Part shown: piece by piece, positions 20,256 to 32,700 of the stretch
Position numbering within the stretch: the first letter of the stretch is position 1
How the letters are laid out: every line of letters starts with the position of its first letter
Origin: an uncultured Methanosarcinales archaeon
GTDB taxonomy: Archaea; Nanobdellota; Nanobdellia; Woesearchaeales; DSVV01
Direction: 5' to 3'
Assembly (NCBI GenBank): GCA_964593285.1
Contig: CAZQHZ010000009.1
Location: 1-55,861 of the forward strand
DNA: 55,861 nucleotides
Notes under the pieces: model-generated
What the model was told of the DNA's origin: nothing
Databases searched by the model: none
The model's input: only the letters and a program-made list of their open reading frames with translations
Position numbers and translations under genes: made by a program

Positions 20256-21521
20256 ATGGTTAAAGAAAAACTAAAAAAAATTACAGCAAGAGAAGTATTA
20301 GATTCAAGGGGTAATCCTGCACTTGAAGTTACTGCATATTCAACTAATGATTGTGCATCAGCAATTGTACCATCTGGTGCAAGCACTGGTATTTATGAAG
20401 CATTAGAATTAAGAGATAATGATAAAAGATATCATGGAAAAGGATTAAAAAAAGCTATTAAAAATGTTGAATTTATATCAAAAAAATTAATAAAAGAAAA
20501 TATAAATATTTCAAACATAAAAAAAATAGATAATTTTATGATTAAATTAGATGGAACAGTTAAAAAAACAAAACTTGGAGCAAATTCTATTTTAGGAATA
20601 AGTATGGCTATGTGTCGTTTGGCTTGCAAAATAGAAAAAAAACCATTATATTTATTCTTAGCAAATTTATACAACAATAAAAAATTATACATGCCAATTC
20701 CATTTTGTAATGTTATAAATGGAGGAGAGCATGCAGGAAATAAATTAGCAATGCAAGAATTTATGATAGTTCCAATAAAAACAAAATCATTTAGTAATGC
20801 AGCTCAAATGATTTCTGAAACATATCATGAATTAAAATTAATAATTAAAAAAAAATACGGAAAAAATGCAGTGAATGTTGGAGATGAGGGAGGATTTGCA
20901 CCACCTATTACAAAAGCAGAAGAAGCACTTGAATTAATAAAAAAAGCTATAAAAAATTCAAATTATGAAGGAAAAATAAAAATAGCACTAGATCCTGCAG
21001 CATCTGAATTTTATAAACGCTCAAAAAAAAAATATTTACTTCACAAATATTACAATGATTTACAATTAAAAGAATATTATTTAAAACTTGCAAAAAAGTA
21101 TGATATAATATCAATTGAAGACCCATTTGATCAAGATGATTTTGAAGCTTTCACTAAAATAACAAAAGATGCAAAATTTCAAATAGTTGGAGATGATTTA
21201 TTAGTTACAAGTAAAGATAGAATAAAAATTGCAATTGAAAAGAAATTATGTAATGCACTGCTTTTAAAAATTAATCAAATTGGAACAATCACGCAAGCAA
21301 TGGATGCAGCTAAACTTGCAATGGATAAAAAATGGAAAGTTATGGTAAGTCATCGCTCTGGTGAAACTGAAGATACTTTTATTTCAGATTTAGCTGTTGC
21401 ACTAGGCTGTGGTCAAATAAAACTTGGAGCGCCTTGTAGGGGCGAGAGAACTGCTAAATATAATCAATTAATTAGAATTGAAGAAGAACTTTTAAAAAAA
21501 GTTAAATTAAAAAAATTTTAA
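20256..21521 (+). CDS. eno: Enolase
   Basis: DSRGNP, VPSGASTG, GDEGGFAP, LLKINQIG, SHRSGETED. Confidence 0.98.
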   Translation: MVKEKLKKITAREVLDSRGNPALEVTAYSTNDCASAIVPSGASTGIYEALELRDNDKRYHGKGLKKAIKNVEFISKKLIKENINISNIKKIDNFMIKLDGTVKKTKLGANSILGISMAMCRLACKIEKKPLYLFLANLYNNKKLYMPIPFCNVINGGEHAGNKLAMQEFMIVPIKTKSFSNAAQMISETYHELKLIIKKKYGKNAVNVGDEGGFAPPITKAEEALELIKKAIKNSNYEGKIKIALDPAASEFYKRSKKKYLLHKYYNDLQLKEYYLKLAKKYDIISIEDPFDQDDFEAFTKITKDAKFQIVGDDLLVTSKDRIKIAIEKKLCNALLLKINQIGTITQAMDAAKLAMDKKWKVMVSHRSGETEDTFISDLAVALGCGQIKLGAPCRGERTAKYNQLIRIEEELLKKVKLKKF

Positions 21522-21599
21522 TAAATTAAATTTTTTTTTATTTCAAAAAATAGGGGGGGAAATTGTCTTTTTAATATAACAAAATGACAATTAAATATA

Positions 21600-23108
21600 A
21601 TGATCATTAAATTAGCTAAAAAAATAATTGATTATTTTGAAGATGAAAAAAAAAACATATTACTTTATATTTTAACGTTCTTTTTTATCGTTTGTATTAG
21701 ATGTTTATTAGAAATATTTTCAATAAATAAATATCCTTCAATTGAATTTCATTATCATTACTTATTATTTTACATAGTGGTATTAATTCCATTAATTATT
21801 TTATTTTATTTTGCAACTCGTGAAAAAATTGAAAAAGTTAGTAAAATAGTTTTATCCTTTTTCATAACAATTTTTATTGGACCAATTATAGATTTATTAT
21901 TTTTTTATGGAAAAGATTATAAAATTGAATATTTATATCCAGCAAATACTGAAAATTTACTAATTAGTTTCATCACTTTTTTTGGTAATATTAAACCTCC
22001 ATTAAGTTTAGGTATTAGAATTGAAATTGCAATAATATTAATTTTGAGTTTTATTTATTTTTATATTAAAACACAAAAAATTATTAGAAGTTTATTTTTT
22101 GTTTTATTAGAATATATTATTTTTTTTATTTTTTTTTCAACACCTTTTTTTCTATTCAAAATCTCAGAATATATAAATATAAATGTGTATAATCAAATAA
22201 ATTTTCATACATTTTATTTACTAAATATATTTATTTTTTTAATATTCTTATATTATTTATACAATAAAAATAAATTTATTGCAATTTTTAAAGATTCACG
22301 ATTTTTAAGAATTGGACATTTTTGTTTATTATTTGTATTAGGAATAATAATTGCATTAGATGGGAATTACAATTTAACAATAATTGATTTCATAAAAATA
22401 TTTATTATTTTTATAATAATAATTTTAGCATGGTTTTTTTCTGTTTTTACAAATAACATTTCTGATTTCAAAATTGATTTAATTTCAAATAAAAATAGAC
22501 CTTTAATAAAAGGAATAATTACCAAAAAAGATTACATTATTTTAAGCATTTTTTCTTTTATTTTTGTAATATTATTTTCAATTTTAATAGATTATTACAT
22601 TTTATTTTTAGCATTGGTGTTTATTTCAGTATATTTTTTATATTCAATGCCGCCTTTAAGATTAAAGCAAATCCCTCTTTTTTCAAAAGTAATGATTGCC
22701 TTTAATACACTTATTTGTTTTTTAATGGGATATTATTTTATAACAGAAAATTTTAACGCACCTTTTGAATATATAGTTTTTATAATGGTTTTTTTTAGTT
22801 TAATCATTAATTTTATTGATATCAAAGATTACAAAGGAGACAAAAGTCAAAATATTTTAACGCTACCAACACTTCTTGGTCTAAAAAAAAGTAAATTTAT
22901 TATTGGAATATTTTTTTTATCAACTCATATTTTAGCATACTTTTTTTTTGACTTTTTTTATAACATCTACCATTTATTGATATTAACAATTTTGGGAATT
23001 ATTCAATTTTATTTCATAAATAAAAAAAAATATTCAGAAAAACCAATTTTTATTTCATATTTATCATTAATTCTACTAATAATTATACATTTAATTTATT
23101 TTATTTGA
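21600..23108 (+). CDS. UbiA-family prenyltransferase with extra N-terminal multi-TM domain
   Basis: NNISDFKID..NRPL, YSMPPLRLK and IDIKDYKGD motifs in the C-terminal half; about 230-aa hydrophobic N-terminal extension. Confidence 0.8.
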   Translation: MIIKLAKKIIDYFEDEKKNILLYILTFFFIVCIRCLLEIFSINKYPSIEFHYHYLLFYIVVLIPLIILFYFATREKIEKVSKIVLSFFITIFIGPIIDLLFFYGKDYKIEYLYPANTENLLISFITFFGNIKPPLSLGIRIEIAIILILSFIYFYIKTQKIIRSLFFVLLEYIIFFIFFSTPFFLFKISEYININVYNQINFHTFYLLNIFIFLIFLYYLYNKNKFIAIFKDSRFLRIGHFCLLFVLGIIIALDGNYNLTIIDFIKIFIIFIIIILAWFFSVFTNNISDFKIDLISNKNRPLIKGIITKKDYIILSIFSFIFVILFSILIDYYILFLALVFISVYFLYSMPPLRLKQIPLFSKVMIAFNTLICFLMGYYFITENFNAPFEYIVFIMVFFSLIINFIDIKDYKGDKSQNILTLPTLLGLKKSKFIIGIFFLSTHILAYFFFDFFYNIYHLLILTILGIIQFYFINKKKYSEKPIFISYLSLILLIIIHLIYFI

Positions 23109-23282
23109 ATATTAAAAAATATAATATAAATAAATGTTTTTAAAATATAATTTATTTAAAACAAAACAATAATTTAATATTTTCTAAAAATTATAATATA
23201 AATATATTAATTTTTTTTATATAAATTACTTTTAATTTAAAAAACAAGAATTAAATTTTATTCTATTTAAAAAAAAAAAAAA

Positions 23283-23696
23283 TTAATAATTAAAATCACA
23301 AAAAGAATAATCTTCTCCATCAAAAGTTTCTACAGTCCATGAACCATTTACTGATTCACATTCTTCTTCTGTTTGACATGAATGAACATTTTCAGTTGAA
23401 CATGCAAAATCACAAAAAGAATAATCTTCTCCATCAAAAGTTTCTACAGTCCATGAACCATTTACAGCTTCACATTCTTTTTTTGTCTTACAAGAATACA
23501 ATTCAAATTCTGAACAAACTTCATCGTTAAATGAAGAATTTTCATCGACAATAGATCTATCGTCAATTTCATTTTCAGATATATTTTCATCTAAATTTTT
23601 TTCAAAATCACTTACTTCTTGTTGGCTATTTGAACAACCAACAAGTAAAATTAACACAATTAACAAAACAAAAAATGTATTTTTATAAAATTTCAT
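23283..23696 (-). CDS. Lipoprotein with two Cys-rich acidic repeats
   Basis: Lipobox LVGC; repeat unit C..SCxTxxECExVNGSWTVETFDGEDYSFCDF; SD AGAGGTG. Confidence 0.85.
   Translation of the reverse strand: MKFYKNTFFVLLIVLILLVGCSNSQQEVSDFEKNLDENISENEIDDRSIVDENSSFNDEVCSEFELYSCKTKKECEAVNGSWTVETFDGEDYSFCDFACSTENVHSCQTEEECESVNGSWTVETFDGEDYSFCDFNY
23292..23465. repeat. Direct repeat with 60 bp identical core and 114-bp period
   Basis: 23292-23351 is identical to 23406-23465. Confidence 0.95.
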
Positions 23697-23766
23697 TTCA
23701 TAACACCTCTTTTTAAAATAAATAACATTATTCCATTAATATAAATATTATTTTTTACAAATTTTT

Positions 23767-26700
23767 TCATCCAACAGTTATTCCAGTTATATATAATAAA
23801 TTAGCGTGATAATTATTTATTCCATTTACTATATAATAACCATTAACAAATGATAATGCAGGAATTGTATTATCCCATTGATAAATATCACCATTATAAC
23901 TACCAATAACACCATATGATGAATTACTTAATGGAACGCTATAATCAAATACAAAATCATTATCAATAAAACCATATAATGAACCAAATTCTAAATCACA
24001 ATCTTTATTATTAATTATAGTATATGATTGATTATAAACATTATCACTAATACTACTTGAAGTAAAATTATATGTTAAATCTTTATAGTATCTATTAACA
24101 AAGATACTCATTACATTGTCATCAAAATTAATATCATTTATTTCATCCACTAATAAAGTAATATTATAATAAGATTCATTTACAAAAACATTGGTAAAAT
24201 TAATTAACCCTGATTCATAATTTGTAAAATTTTCAATTTTTGAATCTTTGTACGTACCATTAATTAGCAAAGTAATATTTACATTATCTTTTGATATATT
24301 ATCATTATTTGTAATGTTTGCTAAAATAAATAAATTATCATATGTACAGCTATTATTTAATGGACTAATTATTTCATCAATTGATAAATCAATTGTTGAT
24401 ACATTCACAAATAAAGATAAATAATCATCAACTCCTGCAATACTTAAATTAGATGAAAAATTAATTTGCTTTTCGCCAAATGATGCAAAATTTGGAATAT
24501 CAACATGCCATGAAACTAAAACAGATTCATTAATATCAATAGTTACTATTTGGTCTGTAGTATTACCAACTGAAAATTGCCAATCATTTGGTATTTTAAA
24601 AGTAATATTTGTATCTGTTGCATTAAGTGTACCATTATTTGTAACATTTATTGTAAATTCAACTGAATTATCATTTCTAAATACATAATTTGGATAATTA
24701 ATTATATCAAATATTACTTTAGCCCCACCTATTGTTAAATTTCTAATTTCACTATTCGCCTGATTATTCAATGAACTTTGATCATAACACAAAATAGACC
24801 AGTTATAATTTGACGGCATTAAATTATCAATAGAAAAGTTAAGTGTTGTATCCATTAATATCGTATCATTTGTTTGATTTAATTCCCCATTAATAAATAA
24901 AGAACAATTTTCAACTCCGCTTTCATCAGTTACATTATAATAAAAAACAATAGTATCTTGATAATCTATTATTGCATTATTGATTGGTGTGATTAAATTA
25001 ATTATAGGTGCTAAATTATCATAAATTATTGCAGTTGAATTTTTTGTAATTGCCTCGCTATCTAAAGAATTACAAGTTACATTCCAATCATACATTCCAG
25101 AATAATTAAATGAATAATTATATTCATAATAATCAGTTACATTATTAAAAATCATATTATTTGTATGATTATAATTATAATCATAAATTGTTATATTACA
25201 AATACCATCTTTTGCTAAACCATTATTATCTGTAAAATTTGCATAAAAAGTTACATTTTCATTTTGATATTTAGTTTCAAAATCAGTTGTATCAAAAATA
25301 TTTAAAGAGGTATTTATTGTAGCAAAAGTTAAAGTTTGCTCTGCAAACGAAACGCTTCTTGTTGGATAATATAATGTAGGTGCTGTTTGTATTTGACATC
25401 TAAAAGTATAATCACCTGTATCCAAAAAAGTTGCATCATACTTCATTATTGCTTTTCCATCATCCATTGTTTGATTATTTCCAATTAAAGCACCATCATC
25501 ATCCAAAAATACAACATTATATCCAGAAATATTGTGATTGTTGTCAAAATCATATACCCTACATACTAAATCTATTTCATCCCTTGTTGCAGTTGCTATA
25601 GGACTAATCCATTCAATAGCACTTCTACCATTCAATGTAAAATTTAAGTAAGATACACTTTTATTAATATTTCCAACAGTATCATTAGCCCAAAGTTTCA
25701 ATTCCTTAACACCAACATGCCATGAATTATTTGTACATAATGTAATATTAGACCAATTCCCAATATATGGTGGCTCAATATGTTTTTGTGTAAATGTATC
25801 TGACATATTATAAATTACCTTTGAATAATTTATTTCTTCATCCCACTGTCCATAAACTAAAACACATTGATTTCTCATAATTTCTGATTCATTAATACCA
25901 TAACTCAATAATTTTGGAGAATATACATCTGGTGATGCTACAACATTTAAATTATCAGTTAATTCATCTGATAATGATGCCTTATAGTACATATCATCTT
26001 CATCTGTAATATTACATTTAATTGTATGAGAGCCAAGTGTTGAATAATTAAATTTAAAACTACTATATCCTGTTGAATTTGTAATATTACTTCCAAGATA
26101 ATTATCATTAATCCAAAATGATACATTATAATTTTCTATTGGATTATTTGAATTAATATCTAAAATTCTACATGTTGTTGTTGTATAATTTGTTGGCTGA
26201 ATTCCAGGTGGCTCTTGTAACATTTCTGAAATTTTAGATTTTCCCCAAATTTCAACATTTAATTTTGGTGTCTGATTATAATTTAATGAACTATCACTTG
26301 TTAAATGATACCACGAATAAATTCCAGGAATGATATTTATAGGTATTTGATAGCTAAAATTAGCCCAATCTTCTACTCCGGTTAATGACATATTTGTAAC
26401 ATTTTCAAAACTTCCTGTATAATTCATCTGTAAGTATGCATAATTTAATTCTGCATTATCTGTCCATCTAGAGCTTGTATTAAAAAAATCATTTTTAAAC
26501 ACCATAAAATTACCAGATACATCAAAATATTTTGGTGGTTCAAATTCTAAAATAAAAATTTCTTGTGCTTGTACTCGTCTATCATCAGTTTTATAAAAAT
26601 TGTCTAAATCATCTTCAATGACACAACTAATTTCATGAACACCAAAACTTGATGGCGTAAAATTATAATGTATAAAACCATTTGAATTTGTAAAATTATT

Positions 26701-29700
26701 GTAAAGTAAACCTTCAACTGATGAATATATTGATATATTATAATTTTCAATTCTTAAATTATTAGTATTATCAAATACAGAACAATTTATATTTACAGTA
26801 TTACCAATTCCAACATCTGTAGTATTTAAATTAAAATCCTTAATATATGCCAAACCAAATATATTGAATTTAATAAATTCAAGTGTTTCATTCCATACAT
26901 CAGATGGATTTTTTGCTCTAATCTGAGCAACATGAACGCCTCGAAGCCATCCTGCAGTTGGATTAAATGTATGGTTAGTCCAGTTTTGTGGATTATCTAT
27001 TGGCAGGGATATTGATGTTGAAACAATACTTGATGATGTTGCATTATAATACACTAAAGCTTCAGATATTTCTTGATTCCACCGTCCATAAATAGTTGTT
27101 GAATTAAATACTCTAATTACATCAGTATTTGTAATATTATATGTTTCATTATATAACTTTGGAGCATCAAGTGTTTCTGGAATTATTTTAAACACTGAAT
27201 TATCTTGTCTCGTAAAATATGGATCTTCTAAAATAAATTCAACAGGATAATTTCCTTTTGATTCATCAGGAGTTATATTTAATACATAATAAAATGTAAC
27301 CGCTCTATTTGGCTGAACCAAAGTTGTATAAGGAGTAGTATTCCAACTAACGGTATTATTATTAAAATAATTATTAAAATTATTTGAACCTGTATGTACC
27401 CTATACCAAATATCTTCGCTTTCATTTACAATCCAGCTTTCATTTAGTATTGAATGATTAGTATTAACTAAACTTATATTCCACGGATTTGAATTTAATT
27501 GATTTTTAACTGAAATTTCTACCCTATATGTTTTATCTAAAAATAATGAAAATGTTTTATTTAATCCTTCATCTTCTAAAACACCTGGATCATGTTTTAA
27601 ATCATAATCTATTTCAAAAATTCTAATATTTTCAATTGTTGCATTTACTGGAGGCGGTGTTATTGTAAAATTTGCAAAACCTTCAATTTTACCATCAGTT
27701 GAATTTAAAATATCTCCATATGGCGATACTAAATAGGTGTTTATTCTATATAATCCTTCTGGATTATTTTCTGTATTCCAAGGATTTGGATTCCATACAT
27801 TACTAATATTTAAAAAACCATTTTGTGTACTTCTAAATGTTGATGTTGATAAATCATCTACATGCAAATTAACATCTTCGAAAATACCAGATGAAAATCT
27901 TTGAACATTCATCATAACATGAGCATTAATATCTCTTGAAAAAGATGATGCTTCTTCTTCTCTAAAATTAATTGTTGGCTCAGGTGTTATATAATTTCTT
28001 GCATAAATTTGATTTGGAAAATTAGCAATAGATACAATATCATATCCAGATCCTGTGTTTATACACATTTGCGCCAATTGACCACCACCACGTTCATGAT
28101 GAATATAATCAAAAAAATACCCTTTTCCAGCTTCTAATTCTCTTGAATATTGATTTCCAGAAGTTCCACAAGTTCCTGCGCCATGATTACCATACCAATC
28201 AGCAACAACATCATGATTTCCAAAAGGCTGTGTTGTTCTAATTCCTCCACCATATCCATCCATCGGAAAAATAGTAACTTCACTACCATCATCACTATTA
28301 GTTCCAAACCAATAAGTGCCTGAAGTTTCTGGAATAAATAAAAACCTATACCGTGAATAATAATAATCATCAAATCCATAAGTATTAGTGTCATGATTTA
28401 TTGTTGTAACATAACCTTGACCGTCTAGAGTATATGGATCTAAACCCATATTTTCTCTCATAAAAAGTGCAGTATTATGGCTTGCTAAAGGATCGCAATC
28501 AGCATCATTTTCTGGGCATCTTAAAGTCATTAAAAATATTTGATCTTTTAAAAATACATTACTATGATTGCTTTGGCTTTCTAAAGCAGGATTATCATAA
28601 TACATATAAATATTATAACCAGAAGTTGTAATCTCCTTTTCTGTTTTAATCCAAACAGATGCTTCTTTAAGTGTTTCATTACAATAATTAACCCAATAAT
28701 TTAATTCATTTCCATCTTCATCAATAAATCTTAAATCATTACATTCTTGCTCGGGTGCAAAATTTTTTCCAACATTGGATTCATTTAAAAATAAATGAAC
28801 CTGATAATGTACTGGTACATTTCCTGTTGAACTATTTAAGAAAATATTTTGTTTATATCTTCCAATAAGATTATTTTGAATTAAAACATCTTCAAATTGT
28901 TCATATGTTGAATTAATTGTTTTAAACTCAATAATCCCTTTATCAAGTTCAACATCAAAAGATTTAATAGATGATTGAACAGTACTTCCAGACGTATCAT
29001 TTGCCCAAATATAATAATCATATGTTCCATTAAACCATGTGTCATCAAAAACATACTCAAAATCTTGTTTTGTTTTTTTTAATGTTAAAGAATCAAATAT
29101 TGGAGAATTAACACCATCTAATGATTTAAAATTTATAATGGTTTTAAAATCTTCATGATAATTATTCCAATCTAAATCATAATAATTATGTCCTGTTAAT
29201 TCTTTAATTATTGTTTCTTGACTTGCTGTTCCTGGACTTCCAATTATTTCTAATTCTATTTCACCACTATTTAAATCATATTTTAGATTCGTTAAATCAG
29301 GCATCGATTGTGTCATTGTTTTAATATCTGTTTCTAAATGTCCCTCATCTTCTAGATGTAAATAATAATGCTCAGCCCAATTAATTGTTGCACTACTAGT
29401 TACTGTAGTCCACAGCCCTCCTGTTTGCGATCTATATTGAAAACTTAAAGTAATCTCATCCTCTAAACTGACATCTTCAAAACCAGTCCATGTATTAGAA
29501 CCTGCTGTTTCATCAAAATGGATTTCAGTTCCATCTAAAAGAACTCTAACACCAGCATTTGGTGCACCATTATGATCTAATTCATAATTATAAGATACAC
29601 GCATTTCATTAATTGATGAAACATCTATTGTCTTTTCATAATAAGTTCGCCATCCATCACCACCTGAATGAGTATTAGGATAATCGTAACGATATGTTTT

Positions 29701-32700
29701 AATTTCATTTCCAAGAAGAGTTATTTGATCATTATTTATATCAATATATTCAGTATCTACTGCATTAAGCCAATCACTTTCCTCGCTCCATGTAACTTCA
29801 TCATGAATTGTTACATCATGCATCGAAAAATTTTTAATTAAACCATTTGGATATGTTACAAAAAATAATGCAGTATCTATTCCTTGGTCATCCGTTAAAT
29901 TAGCATTTATTGTTATATTATTTCCATAGCCAATAATACTTGGATAATTTGATAAATTCATTATTAATGGTTTTAAACCAACATCTAAAATTGTAGATTT
30001 ATTAGAAGGGTTTGTAAAAATTGAAGCCTTTCCAAGATAAGTTGCATTTAAATTATGTAATCCAAGTATTGCACTAGAATCAATATTATAATTAACCTTT
30101 GCATATCCAGTAGAGTTAGTTAACGCAGAACCTACTAAAGAATTTTCTATTTCATCATAAAAATAAATTCTCTCGCCACTAATTATACTACCATTATCCC
30201 ATGTAAGTCTGGCAATTAAATCTACATTTTCACCCCTACTGACATTTAATTCGGTTGGATAAAATTCAGTAATAAATGTGTTTGCATAAACATCAATAAA
30301 AGCTTGCTTAAAATCAGGTATTGCACTATCTGCACTAGAATTTGCCATAATTTTTTGACTGCCTAAATTAGCATTTAATCCAATGTCAAAAGTAATATTA
30401 TTCCAAATATATTCACCAGGATCAAGTGCTGTTTTAAATTGATTTAAGTTTCCACTATTAACATTCCAACTATTTGGAACAGCAGTATAATTTAACCATG
30501 CATTCGTATCTGGGGTTGATGTATTTGTATTATTAGCATATAAATTAATTGTTGTAAATTCTCCTCTTGTAACAACATCTTCATAATAATCTACAAAAAT
30601 TTCTAATAATCCTCGCTCTCTAATTTCTAAAAGTTGTCCTTTTTTTTGTTTCCATGACTTATTATTTCCTACAGGATTTGTATAATTAATTGTAAAATTA
30701 ATATAATAATCCCCAGTTGGTGTTGCATCATCTGCAGTTATATTAAAATAAGATTCTAATTTAGTTAATGGTTCTAAATAATTAAAATTGCAAACATTAT
30801 CAACTTCACCAATACATAAACAATCAAGACCTGGTAAATTTGGACAATTTAATGTAACAGAAACATCTGTTAAATTTTTTTCTGTCCAAAGATTAATAAA
30901 TGAAAAATCTATTGGCGTATATTCATTTAAATATAATCTTTCAAGTGCACTTGTATTAAAAGTTGATGGAATATTATGAACCTTAATATATTTTCTAACA
31001 TTTACATGATCTAAAGATTTTAGTGTTAATGAATTAACTACTGGTGATCTTGATAAATTACTTGTATTTAAAGTAATATTTATTTTAAAATCTTCATGCC
31101 ATTCATTCCAAACTAAATCATATTGAGTTAACCCATCTAAATTAACAGTAATTTTCTCTTCATCGACAGTTCCAGGGCTTCCAATTACATCTAATTTTAT
31201 TTTTTCACCATTTAATTGATATGATAAATCAACTAAATTAGGCATTGATTCAATCATCCCTTTAGTGCTTGTTTCTAAAAAACCTTCATTTGAAAAATAA
31301 AAATATTCATGTTCTGCCCAATCAATTGAAACACTACTTACATCATCAGGAGACCAAAAACCACCATCAATTGTTTCAGAATAATATTCAAATCTAACTG
31401 TTACAGAATTTGTATCATTTACATCAATTATATTATTCCATTCATTTGTACCTGAACCATCATCATAGTGAACTTGCGTAGAATCAACATATGCCCTAAC
31501 TCTAGCTTCAGCATCACCATCTGGTGTTAATGTATATCTAAAAGCCATATGCATATCATCCATTCTTGATACATCCACAGTTTCCTCATAATATGTTTGC
31601 CAACCACCAAAACCAGATGAAGATGCACCAGAATCATCTCTAGTTACAATTGTATTTGTATCTAATTCAAATTCATCTCTAAAAATACTTATATTTTCTG
31701 AATTTGTTGCAAAAGACCAATCTTGCTCTGTTTCAAAAATTATTAAATTATCTTCAGTTTCTTCACCTTCACTTACAGTATCCCAATTGACTTTCCAATT
31801 TAATTCATAAGTGTTCGTAACTAAATCCTCACCAATATAATAACCAAATGTTTCATTATCCCAAGTTCTTGTTTTTGTTGTATCAACTAAAATATCACCA
31901 TAATTCTTTAGCTCTTCATTTGGACCAAAACCCGCATATCCTGCATCAAATCTATCTAATAAAGTCAAATTTACATCAACATCAAGTGCAGTATTATCTT
32001 TTGCAAGTAAAGAAATATTAACCCAATCAATTGTGTCTGTAGTTTCATATTCAATTAAACCATATTCATGATAATTTGGATACATTATTTCATTTAAAAA
32101 TAATCTTGATTCTTTAATAATAAATTCATTAAAATTTTCTATTCTTCTACCGGTATTATCAACAATAACTGATGAACTAGCCGTTGGATTTGTCGCATTA
32201 TTTACTAGTGCAATTTTTGTCCTATAAAGTCCTGGTTCATAATCATCGGTATTAAAAGGCATTAAGTTCCATTCATCTTCAATATCTAAATTATCTCCTG
32301 GATTTATTGTTTTTAAATCTAAAAAAATTCTATCATTAATAACTGCAGGAAGTACATTTACCCAACTAGTTCCATCATATTTTTGTACAATACCCAATCG
32401 ATATCCTTTAATTGGAGTAGTTCCTAAATTTACAAATCCACTTTTATAACCTATTTTTTTTTCATCATTTGGTAATTCTTCTTCTGTGCCAAAAGTAAAT
32501 GTTGGCTCAACTGCAGAATATTTTTTTACATAAAATAAATCAAATACTGCATTTCTAACATTATCATCATTTCTATGCGAAGTGTGAACTAAATTAATAT
32601 ATTGACTTGGACTAATACCAACCGGTGTTTCATCACTACCTCTCTGAGTCCACGTTTCAGCATCATCGCTATAATAACCTGAAATAGAATCTCCATATCT

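Noticed and set aside
21561..21592. Inverted repeat AATTGTC...GACAATT after eno
   Set aside because: Only 7-bp AT-rich arms; cannot be distinguished from chance.
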